Shown: positions 27,110 through 39,673 of the stretch, piece after piece
Position numbering within the stretch: the stretch's first letter is position 1
How the letters are laid out: every line of letters starts with the position of its first letter
Assembly (NCBI RefSeq): GCF_001194135.2
Contig: NC_068982.1
Location: 107,518,804-107,582,803 of the forward strand
DNA from: Octopus bimaculoides
Lineage: Eukaryota
DNA: 64,000 bases
Direction of reading: 5' to 3'
Made by a program: the position numbers and the translations under genes
The notes under the pieces: generated by a model
Databases searched by the model: none
The model's input: the letters and a program-made list of their open reading frames with translations, nothing else
What the model was told of the DNA's origin: nothing

Positions 27110-28350
27110 GTAGAGTTGTTACCATGCTGTACTTTGTGTCATTTTGTCCATCTTTACATTCTGAGCTCAAATTCCACCAAAGTCATCTTTGCTTTTCATT
27201 CTTTTGGGGCTGATAAAATAAGTATCAGTCATGAACTGGGGTCAATGTAATCAACTAACTCCCTCCCCAAAATGTCTGACCTTGTGTCTATATTAGAAAG
27301 GATTATTATTATTATTGTGATGAGTATGTTAGGTATAATAATATCTAACATACTCAGCTTGTTGCTGGCAGTGTCATTAACGTACCAGCTGTTCACTTCC
27401 TGAGAATTAAGGCTGCATGTTCTTTTTAAAGTCTCAAGGATTTGCAGAAACTCCTTGAATTGCCAAGGAATGCTGTTCTCTGGATATGATTTATTTCCAT
27501 TTTTATGCCTACCTTTTCCTATCACATTTGTAATCCTTTGTTCACTCTACCTAGGGCACCAACAATTATTGACACAATATTATTATTATGATTATTATTA
27601 TTAGTATTGTTGTTTTCCTTTTGATATTGGATTGATAACAAATACCTGCCAAGCCACAACCTAGGGTAGGCACTGTAGTGTAATGTTATTTGTTCAACAC
27701 TGCTCCCACTCTTGTTGAGTTTACATTCTTGGATCATGTAAAAAGAGAAAAAAAAAAGCTTTCAAAATATAGATTACAAGGACAAGAACATATACTGAGC
27801 CGTATTGTTTTATACTATTTTCTGGATAATATATCATCATCATCATCATTATTATCATAAAAGGTGCCAGCTGTAGAATCCTTGCCAGATCAGATTGGAG
27901 CCTGGCGCAGCCTACTAGCTTGCAGTCCCCAGTTGAACCGTCCAATCTATGCTGATAATGATGTGGCGAGCTGACAGAAATGTTAGCATGCCAGGCAAAA
28001 TGCTTAGCAGTATTTCATCTGTCTTTATGTTCTGAGTTCAAATTCTGCCAAGGTCGACTTTGCCTTTCATCCTTTCAGGATTGATAATTTAAGTACCAGT
28101 TGCCTTCTGGAATCAATCTAATCTACTGACCACCTCCCCAAAAATTAGGCATTATGCCTAGAGTAGAAAAGAACTGTTATCGCAATAAACAAAATGCTAA
28201 GCAGCATTCCACCCATCTTTAAGTTCTGAGTTCAAATTTTGGTTGACTTTGCCTTTCATACTTGATAAAATAAGCACCAACCATGTACTGGGGGTGATGT
28301 AATCTTTTTCCTCTTACTCTCAAAAACTACTAGCCCTGTGCCAAAATTTG
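27110..28350 (+). mobile_element. Cluster of (ATT)n-family SINE copies (about 27110-27320, 27965-28190, 28190-28350) and an RTE 3'-tail piece (about 27865-27960)
   Basis: Same unit as the 10330-11530 array. ccagctgtagaatccttgccagatcagattggagcctgg matches the RTE tail at about 38525. Confidence 0.8.
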
Positions 28351-28816
28351 AAATTATTGTCAATATTTGCAATAGCAAACAATGACAAATCAACCCCTTT
28401 TCCTCTTTTTCATATACATATTAGAGAAAGCAGAGAAATATAATTATATTGTACAATGTGTGATAAAATATAAGCTTTCAATATAGGACTCTAATAACAT
28501 TACAAAGAATTTCTGTATGCTAGGATGACTGCTTTGATTTTTTTTCTTTTTTTTTTTTTTCAAGAACTAATTTGAAATTTGTTAAGCCATTGTTATCATT
28601 CAAAAACTTTCTACTAATATTTTTGTCAGAATTACAGAAAACTTTAAAAAAATGAATGAAAAAAAAAATCAGCATCTTGCTTATTTAATAATGTTGTTAT
28701 TGTTGTGTATATTTATGGTTGTTATTGTTGTGTACATTTATTGTTGTATTAGTAAATAATTGTTCCTTTACATGTTATGGTGCTAATCTTTTATCTGTGA
28801 CATTTGCTGCCCACAG

Positions 28817-28843
28817 ATTGAATGCTCCCAGTCAACCATGGAG
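28817..28843 (+). CDS. ITPR: Candidate 27-nt ITPR alternative exon: (R)LNAPSQPW(R)
   Basis: Branch-like CTAAT at 28783-28787, acceptor tttgctgcccacag|, donor GAG|gtattt. Phase 2 to 2 with no stop in the ITPR frame. No homology support. Confidence 0.5.
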
Positions 28844-29654
28844 GTATTTTATTCCATAGCTCTGCTGCATTCACTAGCTGCATTCATTAGCAGTTGTTGT
28901 TCTGTTGCCCAAATTGCACTTTCATCTCTTTTCCCTGCTCTATTAAGCAGTCACTATCACTCTATTCACCATTATCACAAACAAATAATGTCTACCATAT
29001 ACATATGCACTCAAACACATACACAAACACAAACACAAACTCACACATATAACTCATTTCAAATCTCACTTGGTATCACATATTTTCTGCCTTTCATTCT
29101 ATCCCATAAATATAAACAAATATGAATCATATTTACACAGCTTGTAATGGTGCATAAATGATAAACTAAATCCACTGAAAATCACTTTCCTAAAGCCATG
29201 AAATATATATATATATACATATATAATGCTTTGAACTAAATTCCTATTCTACTTGAATGGATAGTCTTTATTGCATTGAAAGTTTAAAAATTGTTTTCCT
29301 TAAAATCATTGAATATTAAGATAATCAAGAATTATTAAATATGCTTGTAATTGGAATGAGCAATTGGTTTGTTTGGTTAATAAATATTTTGATATGTCAC
29401 ATAGTTCCTTATCAGCCAAATATAATTAATACTTTGAACTTTTAAGTCCTTTAAAGATTCTAATTATAATTAATCCATGAATGTTAAAATGTTGCTATTA
29501 ATACTTTATCAAATTCAAAAACAATTTAAACTTACAGCTGCAATACTTCGTTCATTATCAAATAAATATAACATATCTAGCTGAAGAAATGTATTTATAT
29601 CGAAACTTAAACTGGCTGTGTGTAATATGATTCTTTGTTGTGTGAAGTTTCTAG

Positions 29655-29683
29655 GAATTTTCTTGATGGCATGGAAGATCATG
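29655..29683 (+). CDS. ITPR: Candidate 29-nt ITPR alternative exon: (R)NFLDGMEDH(E)
   Basis: Acceptor ttctttgttgtgtgaagtttctag|, donor ATG|gtaact. Phase 2 to 1, open in the ITPR frame. No homology support. Confidence 0.35.
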
Positions 29684-30704
29684 GTAACTCTCTGAATTCC
29701 TTCCTATTCCAATATCATATAATTGTCTGTTTTCTAAAAACAAAACATGTTTCTTATTTCTATGTTGTAGTCTCTTCTTTTCCTATCCTTTTTCATTTTT
29801 TATTTTTAATGTTTGGTGTATGTTTATTTTATTTTTGACTTTGTGTGTTTATTAAATTTCTGAAAATTGCAATACCTCTAACCAGCTTTTAATTAGATGT
29901 TTTCAAGTTTATAGTATATTAAAAAATCTTTTTCTTCTCTTCTTAAGATGCTTTTCCAGATAATATTTAAAAACTAAATTAATTGGTAAAAATTTCAGCC
30001 AAGGAAGAGTTAAGCCAGAAATTTCAAGAAAGTTATTTTTGAGTTCCTCTGTTAGGAATAAAAACCAGTAAAGTTTTGTGTAACTAGTGGCTATTGGGTG
30101 GGAGTTCTATTTAGCTTTAAATTTACAAGTGTTAAAAAATAATCTGAAGTTGATAAAACATATTCACATAAGACAGAAAGGTTTTTTAAAAGAATTTTAT
30201 TTATAAGTATTTGATTACATTAGAATATGTCAACAACAAGGAAGATGTGATATAGTCAATGTAATATTTAGACTGATATCATTAACTAGTAAAATCACAA
30301 TATAAGAAATATAGAACACTTAATACAAATGCCATGCTTAGCTAAAAAGGAAATTCAAAATCAACTATACTAGATACTATAATATTGATCTAGATTCTAA
30401 GTTTGCAAAGGAACTGAGCTGTTATTGTTTTTCCATCTTGAGTTTCAGATACCAGATTTGGTTGTTTTGCAAGCATTCAATTCATTGAACATACTCGAAT
30501 TCATTATTTCCAAGGACTTTAAATGTATATAAGAAATGCTAAATGAATTTTACAAGAAAATGTTTGCTTTTATATATTAAAATAATTCTTTAAAGATTTT
30601 TATAAGAGTGGAGATATGACTATTATGCAGTAGCTGCAGAACTGTTTCTATATGGGATAGGAACTAATAGATATATAGCGAATTTTAAATTTTGTGTGTG
30701 TGTA

Positions 30705-30741
<37 letters not shown>

Positions 30742-31198
30742 GTACACTCTCTCTTTCACACGCACACACACACACACAGCTATATACACATGTTCTTACA
30801 AACATGCAGTAAGTAGACCAAACAAAACATATTTGTAGTTAGATGTAGAAGCAATCTAAGCAAGTTCAGCTAGGTGAATAACAATAATGATGGTGATGGT
30901 GGGATACTTAAATGAAAAGTGAAGATCAAAGAAATATTTAAGAGTTAAATGCCAACCAATGTAACTAATATTAATTTCCACACATACCTTTACATTTTTA
31001 TCTCAAACTACTATGTTTAGATTATCTCAAGAACTAAAGCCAAATATTTACATACATCTTACTCTTGCAATTTTGTAAAATTAACAATTATTCCTTAACT
31101 TTATACTGGGAAGGAATTGGTACAGTTTTTTTTTTCTTTCAATGTATTTATAAATATGTTTTATCATCTTCTTGTCTTTAACATCTTTATGCTGTTAG

Positions 31199-31296
31199 AG
31201 TTAAGGCTAATTCTATGTTCCATGTTGGCTGGAGCTGAAGGCAAGCTGGACATGTTAGCTTCTAACAGGAAGAGAATGTATCATAATGTTGAATAA
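31199..31296 (+). CDS. ITPR: Candidate alternative terminal coding exon: (E)LRLILCSMLAGAEGKLDMLASNRKRMYHNVE*
   Basis: Long pyrimidine tract (ttatcatcttcttgtctttaacatctttatgctgttag|). The phase-1 start matches the 29-nt exon. 31 open, relatively GC-rich codons; TAA at 31294-31296 lies inside AATAAA (31292-31297). Confidence 0.35.
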
Positions 31297-32689
31297 AACT
31301 GTACTATGGACATAGCAATAAAGGGATACTAGAATAATAATGCCTTTTCTGTTGAGGTTTTGGGAAGAAAGCATACTAATCTCAGAAAAAAGTCCCACAT
31401 TAAATTAACATTTTATATACAGCAGATAAAATGTGAGAGTAATGAAATTATAGGATGATTATTACTTTTACATAGAATAAAATAAAAGAAATTAAAAAGG
31501 CTTTTTAGAAATATTTATTGCAGTGAAAAAAAAAGAATTAAAAATAATCATTGTAATAAGAATTTAAAATAATCATTATAATGGAATCATTTTCATTTGT
31601 TGGATTTGGATTTTTCTTTTTTTTTGTGATAAAAATGTTTTTTTTTCTTATCAAGTTTTGTTATTTCCAGTTTTCTGTATAATTTCTGCATGTTTTTATT
31701 TTGAAGTTATTGATAGCTATATCAGTTTTACCTATTCTATCCTAAATCCTTTGAACTTGTAATTTATGCTAAATGAATCTTTCATGTAAATTGACTTCCT
31801 TCTGTGCAAAGAAGATTTTCAAAGAGAGAAATTGAATTGCAACCCTTTTCAATCAGTTGCAAGACAGAACTCAAATGCTGCATATTTGATGCATGCCCAG
31901 TTTTAGTTATTGCATTTAGTTGTTTTGATTTATTATATTGTGTTACCTGTTTTTCTTTTAATGAGCCACATTTCACCAATAACACACACACACAGACACA
32001 CACACATACACACACACACACACACAAAATTTATGCAAACCCAAAATTTCAATTTTAAATCAGGTAGGAAATTGTTCCTGTATTTTCATGTATTTAACCT
32101 GTAAATTTATCTTTTATTAAGAAATCTTTGTCAAGTTACATTCCTGCACATGCATGCACACACACGTGTACACACACACACGTGTACACACACACGTGTA
32201 CACACACACATAAACACAAACACACAGTTCAAAAACATGTGAGGTAATACATCAAAGTACAGCTAAAATGTCAGATCAATAATTGACCAGAATGGATAAC
32301 AACAACTTAGACTGAACTATTTTCTCTTTTCCAGAATTTTACTCTTATATCATAAAATAACTAATCATATCTTAACTAAGATAACATCTTAACTAAGACT
32401 CACATTCTCCACTTATACCAATGTAAATATACATATATTCATCATCCTCATTTAATATCAAATTTTCCATGCTTGTATGAGTCAGACAGAATTTGTTGAA
32501 GCAAAATTTCTACAGCTGGATACCCTTCCTGTTGCTAACCTGCACCTGTTTCCAAGCAAGGTAACATTTCCCATGGTCAGACATATCTTGTCATGGATGG
32601 GAAGGGAACAACATTGCTTGTATGACAATGATGCTCATTTACAATCATCATGTAATGTCAAGACAAGGGTGCGCACACATGTACATGTG

Positions 32690-32850
32690 CATATATGATG
32701 GGCTTCTTTCAATTTCTGCCTACCTAATCCACTTACAAGGCTTTGGTCAGCCGAAGGCCATAGTAGCAGACAATTGCCTAAGATACTGCACAATTGGACT
32801 GAATCTGAGACTACAGGATTGGGAAGCAAGCTTCTTGACCACACACCCAT
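32690..32850 (-). mobile_element. tRNA-derived SINE (family with ...ggtagacggaaactgaaagaagccc(TA)n), decayed copy
   Basis: Similar to the copies at 35424-35835 and 57775-57950. Confidence 0.75.
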
Positions 32851-35423
32851 ACCTGCATATATACATACACACAGACCACACATGGCAAAAGTACTTTTGC
32901 AAGTCCTCATTATAGTTAAAACACCGCTTACATTTTAGTGATGTTTCTCACAGCAGTATCTTACCAGATTTTACGTAATGCAACATATATTTTAATCAGT
33001 TATGTTAAATTGAATAAAATTAGATATTATGATAAAAAAATTATTTGCTTCTTTTCTTTTGTTCCTTCTTTTGTATCTGTTTCTCGTTCACCATAACTCA
33101 GTGTTTTGCTACACATTGTGTCTCAAATGTCACACATACTCTGTCACACATACATTTAGTGACTTAGTTATCATGCACCCTCATTAGCCAGCATGTGTCT
33201 CTCTAGAAAGATTCTAACAGTCTATATTTAATTTGTAGACGTTTTCAGCTGTATACATATATTGACTTTGCATGCTTGTAATAGTTAGTTGGGTTGGAAT
33301 ACAGCAATTTTATTCTTAATAGTGAACTCAATGTTATTGTTTCAATTAGTTTCCTTTTAGCCTCAAGGATTATGTTTTAAAATTATCCATAGTTTGTATA
33401 GTTTAATTTCATATTTAGTTTTAGTCTTTTAAATAGTATTACATATTTACAATTTCTGATTTTAATATAGGCGTTCCACAATAATTGAGTTATAAAACTT
33501 CCCCATTTGTAAACAGTCTTACAATTCTTATTAAAATTATTTCTAACAAAGTTTTAAATTATCTCAGTTTACATATGCATTGTCCTCTGAAGGTCCCAGT
33601 TGCCCAGTATCATGTCATTATAAATATCATAGCTCACTTGCCTTTCTGTGTACAAGCTGTAATTTTTCATTCTTAACTAGTTTCTTGGCCCTGATCACCA
33701 GTCAGCAGGTCTTTATATTTCTCTTCAGTTTTCTTATTTGGTATTCTTTTGCAAGTAATTTATCACTTCCTTGAATGTTAAGATTTCATTCATTTTAAAA
33801 CAAAGTAGCAAAATGCTCAGGAATAAGCAAGGAAGCATTCTTTTTGCTTCATCAAATACAGGAATTACTTAATATTTATTTTTAACATATTTCTCCCTCT
33901 ATACAAATTCTATTTTTTATATATTCTTGATTTTAAAAAAAGTAAAATAGATTTTTCATTTATATTTAACTTTTTGCCACTAAACTTCTCTTGTGATATT
34001 TTATACACTTTCAGACTTTAATATTAAATATTTAGAAATTTTGTATTAAAACAGAACGCTGTACTTGGTTGTAATTGGATTTGCTTCTTTCCCTTGGAAA
34101 CTCTTGGACAGATTTGTCTGTAATCAGTAGTCATTGATTCAGAAATTCTCTATCTCTTTACCTTTGATACAAACTCTATATTCTACTGTTAGATGTGAAA
34201 TAGTTATCTTTTTTGTAAAAATAGGAGTTTCTTTATTACACTCAATGGATTTGTTGTTTCATGTCTTGTTGATGCCTATAAATCTAATGATCTTTCCATG
34301 GATATCATGCTAATACATTTGGAATTAGTTTATTAAATCATTCTTCTTTATTAACAGTTTCTGAAATCACTCTGATATTTTAGTTAGCTTTTGTAATTTT
34401 TAGTTTTGGATGAGCAGTCTAGATTAATTGCTGTATTCCTAAACACCCAGTTAGACACATAATAATTTAGGCTTTGGCATTTTATAATGCTAAGCTTTTT
34501 GTTCTGACACTTGTGTTATTGAAGACAACTGCACAGACACACACACACACATGTTATTGTGTGTATGTCTACGATTGCATTTGGTTCTTTCTCTTAGCTT
34601 TAAAAAATTAGCCTTTATAAAATTTAATTCATGTTCAGTGTCTGCTCTGAAAATAAAAACTGTGAAGCTTATAGAGTCATTGTACTATTTCATTAAAAAA
34701 AAGTCATGTAAACCATAACTATTTTGGATTTCTATCATGTTTTTTTCTTTTTTTTTTTTTTTTTGTATATTTATAATTTGCTCATTACATTAAATAATAA
34801 TATTTTCTTTCTTCATAGGCTATGCAATTTCTGTTTTATTTTACATGTCAAAACTTCAAAATAGAATTTAGGAACAAAATTTTAATTCAAATTTGAGTTT
34901 ATTTTATTTCTGGATTTATTTTATCCAAGGCTTACACCTTGTATAGCCATTTTGCTTTTTGTTTTTGTTTTGTCTTAGACACTAGGATGTCTTGTCACAT
35001 ACTGACAAGTTTGTTTAATCACATTCCTGAAACTATATATATATATACATACTCTTTTGTTTTTGACCTATTAACTGTTGATATCTCATTTGCTTTATAA
35101 TTGGCCAACCTTTTTCACTAGCAAATTATTGTCTCTTTCCTAGTCATAATTTTGCAATATTATTCTAATTAATTGTTGTCATTTACATAAATTTTAAATT
35201 CGTTTGGCCCAGGAATATGTCCTTGGATCCTTGGGTGCCTTTAGCTGAATCTAGTAGTATTCAAGCCAGATTTACTGTTTGAAAACCCTCCCTTCCATCA
35301 GTTTCAGATATTCTGTAAAGACCCATGGGCACTACTCTTCCCTCACTACTAAGCTTTACCCTACCTGTTGAGTTTAGTAATGTTTTACATTCAATGGTTA
35401 TTTAGTTCATTTGTAATCATTCC

Positions 35424-35835
35424 CTTTTACTCTTTTACTTGTTTCAGTCATTTGACTGTGGCCATGCTGGAACACCACTTTTAGTCGAGCAAATCGACCC
35501 CAGGACTTATTCTTTGTAAGCCTAGTACTTATTCTATCGGTCTCTTTTGCCGAACTGCTAAGTTACAGGGATGTAAACACACCAGCATCACTTGNNNNNN
35601 NNNNNNNNNNNNNNNNNNNNNNNNNNNNNNNNNNNNNNNNNNNNNNNNNNNNNNNNNNNATATATATATATATATATATACGACAGGCTTCTTTCAGTTT
35701 CTGCCTACCAAATCCACTCACAAAGCTTTGGTCAGCCCAAGACTATAGTAGAAGACACTTGCCCAAGGTTCCACACAGTGGCACTGAACCCGGAACGATG
35801 TGGTTCGTAAGCAAGCTACTTACCACACAGCCACT
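35424..35835 (-). mobile_element. tRNA-derived SINE, near full length, with an internal microsatellite and a 65-N gap
   Basis: The reverse strand begins ggagtggctgtgtggtaagtagcttgc...gttccgggttcagt (A/B-box-like). Left part nearly identical to 63769-64000. Confidence 0.88.
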
Positions 35836-37597
35836 CCTATGCCTATTATTTCTGGGGGTTTTTTGTTTTGTTTTTTTTGCTTCTTTCAAAAATGTACAGA
35901 AGCAAGAGATGAGTTTTAGTCAGAAACAAAATGTATTTCTTTGATATCTATAAGCATTTAATCACTTCAAGCTATATTCTATAATATCCTCTTTCATAGT
36001 TAATTTATCTTTATCTATGAGAAGAGAAATTAAGTTAATTGTGTGGGAGCCATGTAAGCTCTGGAAATTAGTTAAGCTTCTTGTAAGTCAACTTTGGAAC
36101 CCAGATCTAATTCCTCTTAAGTCATTTAATCTCACATCTTGTATCAGATAACCTGGAAAGGGATTGAATATGCCATAAAATTTTTGACCTTGATATTATT
36201 CAAAGACAATTATTTCAGTAGTACTCAAATGATCCACTTGGACATTTTCACTTAATATACTTCCCTATGTAAGTTACTTATAGCAGTGTTAATATCTATT
36301 ACATAAGTACAATATTAACTGACTTATTATCCATTTTATTTCTGAGTTTGAATTCCTACAGAGGTGGATTTTATTTTCTGTCAATATGACAAGTACTAAT
36401 AATATAATAGGATAAAGTTTACCAACTGTACACTCCACTACAAAAAAATAATCTTGTCAATAAAAATTTGTGTATGAATTGCATGGGTTTTTGGTTGATA
36501 TAGCACTGATATTAGCAGGTCTGGACATGAAAATGTGAACCATGTTTTATATCATGTAGTTCTGTGCCCTTGTTTTCAATTTGGAACAACAGCTCTCAAT
36601 CCTTTAGACTTTGTCCTGCACCACATGTCAAATACTTACTGGTACACTTTGCATGGAGAGTTGTTCTGAAGTTAAACATCTTCATCAAATACAAAAATAT
36701 AATTATATTTTATCAGTTATATTTATATATAACAAAATTACAAATAATGTTTTTCCAAACACTCATGCATTACTACAGATTTTCTTAAGGCTTAAATTTA
36801 TCATTGTCGTCATTATTATTTTTGTTTGCTTTCTTTACTGATGTGCACAGGCCAGATTATCATAATCTAAGTCAGTTCTTTTGGGGTTCCACTTACCTCA
36901 TAAATGGGTTGTACATTAGATTGTTTGTTTCTTTTCTATAGCTGGATACCCTTCCTATTATCAATTATTTTACATAATGTATTAGGTGCATTTTATTATG
37001 ATACCTGTATTAGAAAAGATGTAATGTTTTCAGTAATATAAGAGTAGAGGTTTTGAAAACTTGAAATGCATCTAGATACCTCTTACAGCACTGCAGTAAA
37101 CCATTTGAGAGCCATTAGTTTTGAAAGTTCATAATTTCTATCTGAATTTTGTATTTATTTGATTTTTTCACAGTTTCAGTTATAGGTGTATCAAATACAT
37201 GAGCTTTACTGTCTACAGATTTTCTTAAGAAACATTCATATTGTTGTTTTCTAAGTCCCCATAACAGACATCATCTTTTATTTTCAATTGAAAGAGAGTA
37301 AGTCAAATTAGAGGATTTTAATATCTTGGTCTGACACTTCCAATCACTAAATTCAATGCCTTCTTAAGTTAATGATCAATGCACTAAATACTAGAAGACT
37401 AGTCAAATGAATTCAACTATTTCATTCTATCTTTACAAAAAGCAATTTTGCAACATCATACAATTTCATTAAAAAATATATTGAATTAGGCTCCATTGGC
37501 CACAATATACTGCAAGATAAGTATCCCTAAATCAGCTTTTTCATTAATCCCTAATCTTGCAAATTGCTTTTGTTTATCTGTATTACTNNNNNNNNNN

Positions 37598-37651
<54 letters not shown>

Positions 37652-37719
37652 ATATTCTTTTTTCTCACTATACATTCACTTATTTTCTCTGTTAAATTCA
37701 GTCATTTCATTTTACTCTT

Positions 37720-38680
37720 TCGTTGGTTATCATAATCATAAGAAGCATCAGATGTGGTGTGCAAGAGAGACAACTGCGTTGGTATGATTATGTGTTGTGT
37801 ATGGATGAGGACAGCTGTGTGAAAAAAATGTCACACCCTAGCAGTAGAGGGAACCTGTGGAAGAGGTAGACCTAGGAAGACCTGAGATGAGGTGGTGAAG
37901 CACGACCTTCAAATGTTGAGCCTCACCGAGGCGATGACAAATGACTGAGTCCTTTGGAGATATGCTGTGCTTGAGAAGACTCGGCAAGCCAAGTGAGACC
38001 ATAACCATGGCCTATGCCAGTGCAGCATAACCAGCTCATTTAAGAATACCCTTCAATCATTGGGCAATAAACTGCGCTTGTGAGGACCTATTGAGGCAAG
38101 TGAAGTCATTGTCATGGCCGATGACAGTACTGCCTGATTGGCACCCTTGCTGGTGGCATGTAAAAAGCACCATTCGAGCATGGTTGATGCCAGTGCCAGC
38201 TGACTGGTCCCATGCTCATGGCACGTAAAAAGCACCATTCGAGCGTGATCGCTGCCAGTGCTGCCTGACTGGCTCCCATGCCAGTGGCATGTAAAAAGCA
38301 CCATTCAAGCGTGGTCGAGGCCAGTGCCAGCTGACTGTTCCTGTGCCAGTGGCACGTAAAAAGCATCATTTGAGTGTGGTCGATGCCAGTGCTGCCTGAC
38401 TGGCTCCTGTGCTGGTGGCACGTAAAATGCACCATTCAAGCATGGTCGATGCCAGTACTGCCTGACTGGCACGTAAAAGGCACCCACTACACTTTTGGAG
38501 TGGTTGGCATTAGGAAGGGCATCCTACTGTAGAAACTTTGCCAGATCAGATTGGAACCTGGTGCAGCATTCTGGCTTACCAGCCCTCAGTCAAATCATCC
38601 AACCCATGCCAGCAGTCAAACCATCCAACTCATGCCAGCATGGAAAGTGGATGTTAAATGACGACGATGATGATGTTGAT
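37720..38680 (+). mobile_element. RTE LINE 3' end with its 3' UTR, an internal ~63-bp minisatellite and a (GAT)n tail
   Basis: VEGTCGRGRPRKT*DEVVKHDL at about 37845-37910. Six gccagtg...ggcacgtaaaaagcaccattcgagcgtggtcgat units at about 38120-38480; the element ends ...gatgttaaatgacgacgatgatgatg. Confidence 0.88.
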
Positions 38681-39553
38681 ATGATTGCTGTAAGAATAAC
38701 TCATTTGCAATACTTTATCTTTTCAACATCCTCTAACATTCACCATTCCAAGGATGCTCTCTGTGGCTTTCAACTATCTGTCATGCAGTTTTCACTACAT
38801 ACGGACTATTTTAATCTCCAAATTCAATTTAATGTTTTTGATTCTAATATATTTTAACTCACATCTTGTCACCTTTGCCTCTGTTTAGTTTGGTTAATAA
38901 TCATTGCTCATCACTGTTTACTTCTCCTTGCTCCAGATATAGTTTTAAAGCTCTTCTGTTCATTACATTGCATTAGTATTTAATTCTTTAGTTTTAGTCA
39001 TTACTTTCAAGACCATACTGGGGCATTACACCACCTTCAATTCTCTACATCAGAATTATACTTTTTACATCTAGTAACAGATCACACTCATTTTAGTTTT
39101 TTTTCTTGCACTTGTAGAACTCTTGCTTTCATTTTCATACATGATCACTTCTATAAAACACAATTGTCACAATGATGTGTTTTTGTGTTAGTAGCAGTGA
39201 CTATTTGTTGCTTGTTTCACAGCTGTAATACTAACTGCAAAGCAGTCACATACATGTAACTGTAAGAGTCAATATCTGTTCTTCACAATTTACACAATTA
39301 ATATATACATTTACTTTACATTCTCGATCATTTTGCAATATATTTTCCTCTCACTTTCACCTGTTCATTTAATATAAAATGCTTGTCATTTACAGATTCA
39401 TTTATTCAACTTCAAGTTTTTCTTATATTCTCTCACCCCCCTTATTGTTCTCATATCCATACCATGCTACATGTAAACTGGAGATTTATCATCCACCATT
39501 GTATTTTTAAAAAGTTGGAATCTAAAATATATATCAATGATTTTTTCTTACAG

Positions 39554-39673
39554 ATTTTTGGATTACCTCTCTGACTTGTGCGTTTCCAATCAAGTTGCAA
39601 TACCTATTACTCAAGAACTAATATGCAAAAGTATTCTTAGCCCAAATAATGCAGATATTCTCATTGAAACTCG
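39554..39673 (+). CDS. ITPR: ITPR exon: [39 protein letters not shown](R)
   Basis: ttttcttacag| acceptor, CG|gtaaga donor, 120 nt, phase 2 to 2. Confidence 0.97.

Noticed and set aside
28833-28843. Perfect Kozak ACCATGG in the 27-nt candidate exon, suggesting an internal start
   Set aside because: The ATG is out of frame with ITPR. Splicing to either downstream exon hits a stop within a few codons.
31804-32058. ORF MQRRFSKREIELQPF..., open in the ITPR phase after a possible acceptor at 31810
   Set aside because: No phase-compatible donor, the AAG acceptor is weak, and the ORF runs into a (CA)n microsatellite.
38053-38487. Repetitive ORFs (MVHFTCH..., about 21-aa period) and a CRISPR-like look
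   Set aside because: Translations of the RTE 3'-UTR minisatellite. Units are contiguous with no unique spacers, and the context is eukaryotic.
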